From NCBI RefSeq assembly GCF_963921235.1, contig NC_086109.1:14386001-14450000 (forward strand): DNA of 64,000 bases, in the 5' to 3' direction. The stretch's first letter is position 1. Every line of letters begins with the position of its first letter. Below the pieces are notes generated by a model. The model was not told the DNA's origin. It saw only the letters and a list, made by a program, of their open reading frames with translations, and did not search any database. Both the position numbers and the translations under genes were made by a program. This DNA is from Mobula hypostoma (lineage: Eukaryota). This document shows positions 23,961 to 34,747 of the stretch, in pieces.

Positions 23961-26900
23961 TTCATGGAATGTGAGGGCTGTCCTACCAGGCGAGGCTAGA
24001 CAGTTTGAATCTGTATTGCATGGCCTTTAGAAGAATAAGGGGTGACCTTATTGAAACAAATTACATCATAAGGGGGCTTGACAGGGTGAAATGAGGCTTT
24101 TTTACTAGTGGGAAGTCATGAACAAGGGACATAACTGCAAAATAATGGGCTGAGGATGGGAAACTGAGATGCTTAGAAATTTCTCCGCTTAGAGGGGTTG
24201 GGAGGGGGTAATCTCTGGAATTCTCAGGCCCAAAAGGTGATTAAGGGTATATCAATAGATATATTTAAGATGCAGATGGATAAATATTTGAAATATTCAG
24301 GATTTTAGAGTAATGGGGAAGTGGTGCATAGATCTGCTATGATAATTTTGAATGATGGGGCAGGCTTGAGGGGTCTGGTGGCCAACTCCTGGTCCTGCTT
24401 TCCTGTGTTCTTGATGGCCAGGAAATGAGAGCAATGGATGCAATATGCTGAATGCTCTCTGTGGCACAAACTTCCACGTGTTATGGTGATGACAATGGTG
24501 GGGCAGAGAGGGGGAATGGTGGGCTTGTTCAGAGGTAGCAGGACGTCTGATTGGGAGAAAGGGAGTGCACTCATCCAATTTGTGCAATTGGTATGAGATT
24601 CTGTAGGTGAAGAGACAAAACTTCAACGCACTGCTGCAATCTACTTTCAAGTCAGGAATCAGGATTTATTTGTTGATATTTTATGTAGCTATGCCTCAGA
24701 ATTATTGCCTGTCTCTTTTCTCAATATCCTGAAATTTCTGTGTGGGAGTAATTTTAATATTAATACTGATAGTACTGTGCTGTAAGACAAAAGGTTAACA
24801 TTTCTGGAGAGAAAGCTTTAGAATATTATCCAGTGAAAAGGCTATTGTTATTTAATAGTACTAATGCAAATCTATTTTAACTCTAAAAGTTCAATCTTTA
24901 CTTAGCTTAACATCATTTTGAGCTGTTCCCTGAATTTTAAAGCTTTTAATGAAAATGCCATGAAGAATAACATTAAATGGTTAGATATGCATGGTTATCT
25001 TGTTATTACGTGTCCTCAATATTTATTGCTATTTATTTATGTTTGCATTTGCACAGTTTGTTTTCTGCACTCTGCTTAATCTTTCACTGATCCTGTTAGA
25101 GTTACTATTCTATAGGTTTGCTGAGTATGCCCACAGGAAAATTAATCTCAGCGTTGTATGTGGTGACATACACGTACTTCGATAGTAAAAATTTGCTTTG
25201 AACTTTGTTAAGTTTTATAGAAAACATAGAGATTATTTGACACACTGATTGTGAATTCTGTGTTAAACTGGAACCTGTGACCATCCTTTTGGATTAAATT
25301 AACAATAACTATAGAGTAGTAGAAATTTTATGGCAAGGGAGGACACTTGGCCCATTGTGTCTATGACAGCCAATAATCAACTTTATTTTTTTCAACTCCT
25401 CTTTAAATCTTCCAGCAATTATCTCTACGCCTTCTTATTACTGAGCTAAATAAAATAGGCACTTACTCTGTCAACATCTCTCAAAATTTACACATCTCAA
25501 TTAAATCTCCTCTCAGTCTCCTTTGTTGGAAAGATGACATGCCTAGTCTAGACAGTGTCCCTTCATAACTAAAATTCCCCAGTGATGGCTGTGTCCTCAT
25601 AAATCTCTCTCTCTCACTCTAATGCTGTCCAATCATTCCACTTGTAAGAAGACATGGTACACAAGCTGTGGTCTAACTAAGATGATGCCTCAAAAAAGGA
25701 CTTCCATCGCCTAAGGCATTCTCTCGTCTTATTACTAACATCAGAGAGAAGGTGCAGAAGCCTGAAGACACACTCAGTGCTTCAGGAAAAGTTTTTTCCC
25801 CTCTACCGTCAGATTTCTGAATGGACAATGAACCAACCCAAGAACACAACCTCATTATTCTGCTCTCTCTTCTGCACTATTTATTTATTTTTTCATTGTA
25901 TATTTCTTATTGTAATTTATAGTATTTTTATGATTGCACTGCACTGCTGCTACAAAACAACAACTTTCAAGACATTTGTCAGTGATATTAAACCCGATTC
26001 AGATGTCTTAACGAGCTTTGAATTTTCAGCTCTTCTACTCAATGCAAATACGATTTGACAAATGGGAATCAATTACTATAACAATGATGCAACGGAGACA
26101 GAGAGACAGAGATTAAAAATTGGACACTCAGGAAGCTTTAATCACAGGAATTTACAGGCAGGAAGCAAATATTTCATGTAGCAGCTGTCGGCACAGAATT
26201 AACAAAAGAAATGGCAGTGGAAGTACAGAGGCCATTACTCTGTGTAGTTTAGAGTGGGCTTAACGATCTTCACGTGGAAGAATGTCTTTAGCCAGGGGGT
26301 GGTGAATCTGTGGTATTCATTGCCATGGATGGCTCTGGAGGCCTAGTTATTGGGTATATTTAAGGTGGAGGTTGATAGGTTCTGGATTAGTAAAGGTGTC
26401 AAAGGTTACAGGGAGAAGGCAAGAGAATGGGGTTGAGTGTGTTAGATTAATGGGCAGCTCCTGAATGCACCCACACAGATTGCACAATCTGTAACTCTCT
26501 AAAGAGCAATCAAGAGAAACGAACTGACTTGAATTTCAGCAAACTGCCTCTGGCCCTAAACGCCTATTATTATGGGTTGCAAGTTCCTAACATGAGTATT
26601 TCAGAAGAGATTTTCAAATAGAAAAAAAATAACGGATTTGTGCTTTAAAATTAAGTATTCATGAATCACACGGGTGCATTTCTGTTTTTACTTAGCGTGT
26701 AGTATAAGGATTAAAAAGTTTTTTTTAACAAATTGCATTATAACTGGTAATTTACTGTCCTTGAACTGTTTTTATTGTGTTTGATTGCTCAGCTATCTTG
26801 ATCAAATCACCTCTTCTGGGCATCCAGTGATGTTGGAAAAGGGTCAGGGTTTGCAAGATTCTTGGGGAGAACATTTCACGAGAAAATACACTCACCAGTA

Positions 26901-27940
26901 CAGACTGCAAACTCGAGATACCACCACACTCCGTCTAAAGTGATGAACTAAAATCTCTCAATGCATGCAACATCTTGATAAAGATGAAAATGTGAGGAGT
27001 TTGGGATTCAATGTTAGTGTATAGAACACCTTATCAACTCACCAGGGCAAAGCAGCCTTCTTGGTTGGCATCTCGTCAACCACACTAAGTACGTGTTACT
27101 AACATTGGTTTGGTATTGTCACATGTATTGAGATGCAGTCTAAAACATGCTGTTTGCATGCCATTACACTTTAATAAGTTCATTGAGGTGATAAAAAGAA
27201 AACATAAAGCCCTCCCCACCATTGAGAACATCTACACGAAGCGTTGTTGCAGGAAAGCAGTATCGATAATCAGGGACCCCTACCACACAGGTGATGCTTT
27301 CATCTCATTGCTGCCATCTGGAAGAGGGTACAAGAGCCTCAGGACTCACACCACCAGGTTCAGCAACAGTTATTACCCCTCCAAACATCAGGCTCTTGAA
27401 CCAAAGGGGATAACTTCACTCAACTTCACTTGCCCCATTATTCTAATATTCCTACAACCAATGGACTCACTTTCAAGGACTCTTCATCTCATGTTCTTGA
27501 TACTTATTGTTTATTTAATTATTATTATTATTATTTCTTTCTGTATTTGAAGTTTGTTGTCTTCTACATTCTGTTTGAATGCTCCAGTTGGGTGGTCTTT
27601 CATTGTTTCTGTTATAGTTATTATACTATTATGGACTTATTGAGTATGCCCACAAGAAAATGACTTTCTGGATTGTATATAGTGACATATATGTACTTTG
27701 ATAATAAATGTACATGGAGCTTTAATGCAGGATAGAGAATAAGTGGAATTAAGAGAATACTGTTAGTGATTCTGACAGAATGAGAGGTGAGATTTAAGAG
27801 AGTCAATCAATTACAATAAATGTATTGAGTGGATCATCTGGGATCAGCTTGCAATGTATTATCAACATCTTGGACGCTGTTTGTTGAGTACTCAGTCACA
27901 GTGGTGAGAGTGCATCCTGTAAACAAACTAACACACCCTC

Positions 27941-28407
27941 AAGCCCAATTTATACTTCTGTGTCAAATGTACGTCGTAGGTACCGCGTACCCTATGCCGT
28001 AGGGTGATGTGCACCTCCCCAAAACAGTAACTCATGCGTCGTGGCGATGCAGACTGCAACAACTGTGATTGGTCCGCCTGGTAGCATCGCATTTCCTCCT
28101 ACGCATTTCTGGTTGCTTTTCTCCGACATGTCGACACTGACGCGAAATAAATGGTTGGAGACGATGAACCAAATCGTCAAGTCTAACTGCCGACATCTGA
28201 AAATATTTGAAATGCATTTCCTCGTCCATGTCTCCCATGAAGAAACTCAACACAGTGGCATAGAAACCCCACCGCCAACTAATGTTTTGGCGGTGAATTG
28301 CAGAGCGATGCAGACACAACTACGCATGCTCGCTACGGCGTAGGGCTACACAAAAGTATAAATCAGGCTTACAGCGTAGCCTGTGAGCACAAGTATAAAT
28401 CAGCCTT
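27941..28407. mobile_element. Harbinger/PIF-derived non-autonomous DNA transposon
   Basis: TIRs aagcccaatttatacttctgtg (27941) and cacaaaagtataaatcaggctt (to 28370), a second right TIR to 28407, and minus-strand peptide MDEEMHFKYFQMS...DDLVHRLQPFI resembling a Harbinger transposase N-terminus. Confidence 0.75.
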
Positions 28408-28734
28408 TAGACAGCATCTCTGCCAACAAGAAAGAAGAAGCCAGCAAGTAACTGGGTCCAACATCTCCGCAGGTCACCCCCTGAGCCGCACATCATCCTG
28501 ACTGTTGTTCCTTCATTGTCACTGGGTGCATGTCCAGGAATGCCCTGCCTACCAACTCCATGAAAGCACCTTCTCCAGACGAACTGCAGTGGTTCAAAGG
28601 GAACTTTCTGACATCTTTTCAAGTAGGGATGGGAAATAAATGTTAGTCTTGCAGCCACTACCCAGATACCAAAATGAATACAAAAAAAGAGCATGGAAAC
28701 ATCTAATTCAAAGCAAATTCAAAAACTTTTAAAA

Positions 28735-29610
28735 CTTATATTCGTTTAAGGGATGTAAGCATCACAGGCTGACCCAGCAATAAATTGTCCATCCCTAGTT
28801 GCCCTTAAAAAAGGTGAGGTGAACTGCCTGCTTCAACTGCTACAGCCTTCGAGGTGTGGTTATGTGAAGATCCTCTCCATCTCTCATCTTCCCTTCAGCA
28901 CTGAACTGCAGAACATCTTCCAATTCTTCTAACAGAGCCAGAAGCTGAAAAGTTTGAGTTTCCTCCTGGCTGGGATCCAGCTGGTACTGTTCAGGTGACC
29001 TGAAATTGGCATGCTTTGCGAAAGCAACGGACTTTACCTGCTCTTCAAGTAAACGACCTATATTAGAAATGCGTGGGCTGTTCTGAAAATTAATGTCCCA
29101 GAATTCATGGTCACAATGATGCTCCCCCCTTCCAGCCCCTGCATAATACAGATAGGGAGGGAGTTCCAGGATTTTGACCCAGTGATAATGAAGGAACGGT
29201 GATATATTTCCAAGTCATGATGATTTGTGGCTTGGAGGGCAATTTCTAGATGAAGGTGGTGTTCCCATGTTTTTGCTGCCCTTGTCCTTCTATCTGGTAG
29301 AGGTCATGGGTTTGGAAGATCTTGTCTAAGGAGTCAGTACCTGCAATGCATCTTACAGATGCTAGAAGCCAGTACGACTGCGTTTCAGTGGTGGAGTTAG
29401 TAAGTGACTGTGGATCAGATGCCAGTCAAGCAGTTTGCTATATCCTGTATGGTGCCGAGCATCTTGATTGTTGCTGAAGCTGCCCTCATCCAGGGAAGCA
29501 AAGAGGGTCCCATCACACTCCTGATTTGGGCCTTGTAGATGGTGGACAGGCTTTGGGGGAATTAGGAGCTGAGTCAATCTCTGTAGGATTCCTAACCTCT
29601 GTCTAGCTTC
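28735..29610 (-). mobile_element. Old CR1/L2-group LINE 3' remnant hosting the inverted exon copy
   Basis: Minus strand LSTIYKAQIRSVM...W.....T...L.TIQD. Its 3'UTR is split at ~28865/29150; an unsplit relative lies on + at 28490-28680. Confidence 0.7.
28870..29142 (+). pseudogene. Inverted degenerate duplicate of GOLT1 exon 3 plus start of intron 3, located in intron 4
   Basis: 28870-29048 aligns to exon 3 over 179 nt without indels (35 mismatches by hand count), has in-frame TAA and TGA, and is followed by gtaaac and ~90 nt resembling the real intron-3 start (ttagaaat...attaatgtcccaga.ttca.ggtcacaatgatg). Confidence 0.93.
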
Positions 29611-29689
29611 AGAGTCATAAAGTCATAGAATACGACAGTGGAGATACATGCCCTTCGGCCCATCTAGTCTGTGCTGAACTATTACTCCA

Positions 29690-32600
29690 TAGCACCATAA
29701 GACCATAAAATATAGGAGCAGAATTAGGCATTTGGCACATCCACATTTCATCATGGTTAATCCATTTCCCTCTCAGCTCCAGTCTCCTGCCTTTTCCCTG
29801 CATCCCTTCATGCCCTGACAGATCAAGAATCTATCAACCTCTGCCTGAAGTATACCCAATGGCCTCCACAGCCGAATGTGGCAATGAAGTCCACAGATTC
29901 ACCACTCTCCAACTAAAAAAATTCCTCCTCATCTCTGTTCTAAAAGTACGCCCCTCAATTCTGAGGCTGTGTCTTCTGGTCTTAGACTCTCCCACCATAG
30001 GAAACATCCTCTCTATATCCACTCCACTGAGGCCTTTCAATATTTGATAGGTTTCAATGAGGTCACCCCTCATTCCTCTGAACTCCAGTGAGTAGAAGCT
30101 CAGACCCATCAAATGCTCCTCATATAACAAGCCTTTCAATCCTGGAATCGTTTTCCTGAACCTTCTTTGAACCCTCTCCAATGTCAGCACATCCTTTCTT
30201 AGATAAAGGGTCCAAAACTGCTCACAATGATCCAAGTGAGACTGCACCAGTGCTTTATAAAGTCTGAACATTACATCTTTGCTTTTATATTCTAACCCTC
30301 TTGAAATGAATGCTAATATTGCTCTCGCTTTCCTCACCACAGGATCAACCTGCAAATTATCCTTTAGGTAATCCTGCACAAGGACTCCCAAGCCCCCATA
30401 CACCTTAGATTTTTGAATTTTCTCTCCATTTAGAAAACAGTCTACCCTTTTATTTCTTGTACTAAAGTGCATGACCAAACACTTCCCGATACTGTATTCC
30501 ATCTGCCGTTTCTTTGCCCATTCTCATAATCTAAGTCCTTCTGTAGCCTCTTTACTTCCTCAAAACTATTTGCCCTCCACCTAACTTCACATTGTCTGCA
30601 AACTTTGAAACAAAGCCATCAATTCCATCATCCAAATGATTGACATAGAACGTAAAAGAAATTGGTCCCAACACAGACTCCTATGGAACACCACTAGTCA
30701 TCAGCAGCCAGCCAGAAAAGCCTCCAGGAAACAGCTTTATTTCCATCTCTAATATCTTTATTTTCCCCTTTCAGGGTATTTTTGAAGACCCTGACCTGGA
30801 GTTACATGCTGACTTCAGTTATTTGTGGGAACAGGACTAAGGGCTCAGCTTAAGAGTCCGGCTTGGATTGGGAAACCTAGGATCTTGGGGCTCTGGAGAC
30901 GGGCGGATTGAGGGTCAGTGACTCGGCAAGAGACCCGTGTGTCGGCGAGGGAGTTGGGATATCTGTGGCTGTGTGCCAGGAGACCCGAGATCTTTGAGAT
31001 CTTCAGACACAGAGCTCCAGAAAAACGACATAACGGACTTTTAACATCATAAACCAGTGAGTTGTTTGTTATGTCTGCCCACTCACTGTAAAAACAGAGA
31101 CACCTCTTTCTCCTTTATTAGGAGCCTGTGGTATGTCGAATGCCGAGTGAAACGCGAAGCCTTTGGATAACTACAAGTCTGTGTCTTTGTGATTGCTTTG
31201 CTCATGCTTGAGTGCTCGGTGTGGATGCCAATGTTTTTTTTTGCACGTGGGGGGAGGGGGGGGGATTGTTGCTCGCTCCCGCTTGCATGCGGGAGGGAGG
31301 GAGCTGGGAAGGACTTTGGGGTTCTAACATTTAACTGTCATTCATTCTTTGGGGCACTCCTCTGTTTTTCATGGATGGTTGCGAAGAAAAAGCATTTCAG
31401 GATGTATATTGTATGCATTTCTCTGACATTAAATTGTACCTTTGAACCTTTATTCCCACTCTTTGCCTCCTGCCAATCAGCCAATCAGCCACTGCTTTAT
31501 CTATTCTAGAATCTTTCCAGTAATACTATGGGCTCTTAGCTTGTTAAGCAGCCTCATGTATGACACCTTGTCAAAGGTCTTCTGAAAATCCAAGTATACA
31601 ACATCAACTGGTTCTCCTTTGTCTATCCTGCTTCTTATTTCTTCAAAGTATTCCAACAAATTTGTCAGGCAAGGTTTTCCCTTAAGAAAACCATGTTGAT
31701 TATAGCCCATTTTATCATCTGCCTCCAAGTACCACAAAGCCACATCCCTAACAATCAAGTCCATCATCTTCCCAACCAGTCAGGTTAGACTAATTGGCTT
31801 ATAGCTTCATTTCTTCTGCTTCTCTCCAGTCTTGAAGAGGGGAGTGACATTTGCAATTCTCCAGTCCTCTGGAACCATGCCAGAATCAATTGATTCTTGA
31901 AAGACCATTACTAATACCTCCACAATTTCATCAACCACTTCTTTCAGAATCCTGGGATGCATACTATCTGGTCCAGATGATTTATCTTCCTTCAGACCTT
32001 TCATTTCCCCACGAACCTTCTCCCTAGTAATGGCAACTTCACACATTTCTGCCCCTAACACTTCCATTCCTCCAGCATACTGCTAGTGTCTTCCATAGTC
32101 AAGACTGATAGAAAAGACTTATTCCGGTTGTCTGCCATTTTCTTGATCCCCTTTATTACCTCTCCAGCATCAATTTTCAGCGGTCCAATATCCACTATTG
32201 CTTCCCTTACATTTTATATATCTGAAGAAACTTTTGGTATCCTCTGTAAAATAATTGGCTAGCTGACCTTCATGAGGCATCTTTTCTTTCTTAATGAATG
32301 TTTTAGTTGCCTTCTGTTGGTTTTTAAAAGATTCCCAATCCACTAACCTCCCACTAATTTTTGCTCTATTATATGCCCTCTCTTTAGCTTTCATATTAGC
32401 TTTGAGTTCTCTTATTAGCCACGGTTGTGTCATCTTGCCTTTAGAATACTTCTTCCTCTTTGGGATGTATATATCCAGCACCTTCAGAATTGCTTCCAGA
32501 AATTCCAGCCATTGCTGCTCTGCCATCATCCCTGCCAGTGTTCTTTTCCGATCAATATTGGCCAGCTCCTCTCTCATGCCTTTATTTCACTGTAATGCTG

Positions 32601-33660
32601 ATACATCTGACTTTAGCTTCTCCTTCTCAAATTACAGCATGAATTGCATCATAATATAATCACTTATCCCTAAAGGTTTCTTTACCATAAGCTCTCAAAT
32701 CAACTGCGGTTCATTGCACAACACCCAGTCCAGAATAGCAGATTCCCTAGTGGGCTCAGTCACAAGCTGCTTTAAAAAGCCATCTCGTAGGCATTCTAGA
32801 AAATCCCTCTCTTGGGATTTAGCACCAACATGATTTTCCCAAACTGCCTGCATATTGAAATCCTGTTGTGATTTGTAGAGCACATCCTTACGACTGTTTG
32901 GGGATTGGGACAGAGCTCCCATCAGGGTCTTTTTACCCTTGCAGTTCCTTAGCTCTACCCAGAATGATTCAACACCTACCAACCTTATGCCACCTCTTTC
33001 TAATGATTTGATATGACTTTCTGTCAACAGAGACATGTCACCCCCTCTGCCTACCTGCCTGTCCTTTCAATACAATGTCTAAATCTAAATCTAAATCTAA
33101 ATCCTTGGACGTTAAGCTCCCAGCTATAATCTTCTTTCAGACATGATTCATTGATGCCTTCAAAGTCATACATGCCAATCTGTAAATGTGCTACAAGCTC
33201 GTCTACCTTATTCTGTATAGTGTGCACATTCAAATATAACACCTTCAGTCCTGTATTCACCCTTGTCAATTTAGTCTGTATTTTACATGGCGACTCCTCC
33301 TGTGTTTTTGCCCTCTCCTCAGCCTCTCCTTGCTGGCAGTCCCACTACACACTGCTTCTGTTTGTAAACCAACGACATCATCCTCAGCAGTACCACTCCA
33401 GTTCACACAAATTAGTTAAAATCCACCCAAAACAGCTTTAGCAAACCTGCCCGCAAGGATACTGGCTCCCCTCGGGTTCAAGTGTAACTATCCCTTTTGT
33501 ACAGACCGCACCTTCCCCAGAAAAGATCCTAATGACCCATGAATCTAAAGCCTTGTCTCCCATACCGGTTCATCAGCCACACATTCATCTGCCCAATCAT
33601 CCTATCCTTTTACCCTCGCGCATGGCATCGGCAGCAATCAGGAGATTACTTCTCTGGAGG
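29690..33660 (-). mobile_element. Decayed CR1 LINE with a nested insertion at ~30730-31450
   Basis: Endonuclease (VESFWVELRN), RT (QHGFLKGK.CLTNLLE, YLDFQK.FDKV) and C-terminal motifs in successive minus-strand ORFs. The insert ends attaaattgtacctttgaaccttt. Confidence 0.92.
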
Positions 33661-33714
33661 CTTTCTACCTCACTCCCTAAAATCTCTCTTCAAAACCTCC
33701 TCACCTTTCCTACC

Positions 33715-34060
33715 CCTCCTATCCACATGCCTATCCAAATTTTTCTTTAAAGTTGAAATCGAAACCACATCCTCCACTTCCATTGGTACACTGTTCCACA
33801 TTCACTCCACTCTCTGAGTTCTCTCTCATGTCCCCCTTAAATATATTTCCTTTCATTCTTAACCCACAACCTCTAGATCTAGTCTCACTCAACCTCAGTG
33901 GAAAAAGCCTGTATGCATTTACTTTATCCATACCACTAATAATTTTGTATACCTCTATCAAATCTTCTCTCATTCTCCTATGTTCCAGGGAATAACGTCC
34001 TAACCTGTTCACCTTTCCATATAAGTCAGGTCATCAGGACCCAGCAACATCCTTGTATAT
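33715..34060 (-). mobile_element. CR1 LINE 3' fragment
   Basis: RLG.YSLE.RRMR.DLIEVYKI...RLFPLR. Confidence 0.85.
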
Positions 34061-34149
34061 GTTCATTTGGCTACTCCCATTCAATTTGCTTAAACAGTAA
34101 CACCGGTTTTTAAGAAATAAATGTGAGAGGGAAAAGCTAAGTGCCTTAC

Positions 34150-34231
34150 TGTGCTGAATCCAGGTACTGCAAAGATTAATCCAAGAGCTGGAATGCTGGA
34201 GAAGAATTCTGACACAAGTGGCAGTGTACTC
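34150..34231 (-). CDS. golt1a: GOLT1 coding exon 4 (STLPLVSEFFSSIPALGLIFAVPGFST)
   Basis: ttttaactgtatttcag|G AGT ACA ... TTC AGC ACA|gtaagg; 82 nt, phases 2 and 0 fit. Aligns without gaps to GOLT1B GFFPVVVGFIRRVPVLGSLLNLPGIRS (P, P.LG and PG positions kept). Confidence 0.9.
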
Positions 34232-34747
34232 CTGAAATACAGTTAAAAATTGAATTAATTTTAAGACAGTTTGGACACATCTCTGCCTTTAAACAGATCT
34301 GCTGCTTTCCCATTCTCAATGGTTGGGCATCACTTTATTATACATGCTCAATTAACCTAAATAATTTAATAAGGTAACCATAGTGTTTGGAGCCACGTAT
34401 AACCAAACCCAACTGATTTCTTTTGTTGAAGGTTATTGGTAAACCAGGAGAGATCAGAATCCAGATCGGAATCACATTTAATATCACTGCATATGTTGTG
34501 AAGTTTGGTGTTTTGCAGCATTAGTCCGTTTCTATAACTATAAATTATAACTATAAACTATAACTATAAATTACAATAAGAAATACATTTATAAACAAAT
34601 AAAATTTAATTAAACAAGTAGTGCAAAAAGAGAGGAAAAGAATACTGAGGTAGTGTTCCTCCATTCAGAAATTTGATGTCATTGGAGAAGAAGCTGTTCC
34701 TGAAGCATTGAATGTGTGTCTTCAGGCCCCTGTACCTTCTCCCTGAT

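Noticed and set aside
28870..29048. Exon of a second functional GOLT1 gene on the plus strand
   Set aside because: It has two in-frame stops and no pyrimidine tract, and I found no plus-strand copies of the other exons.
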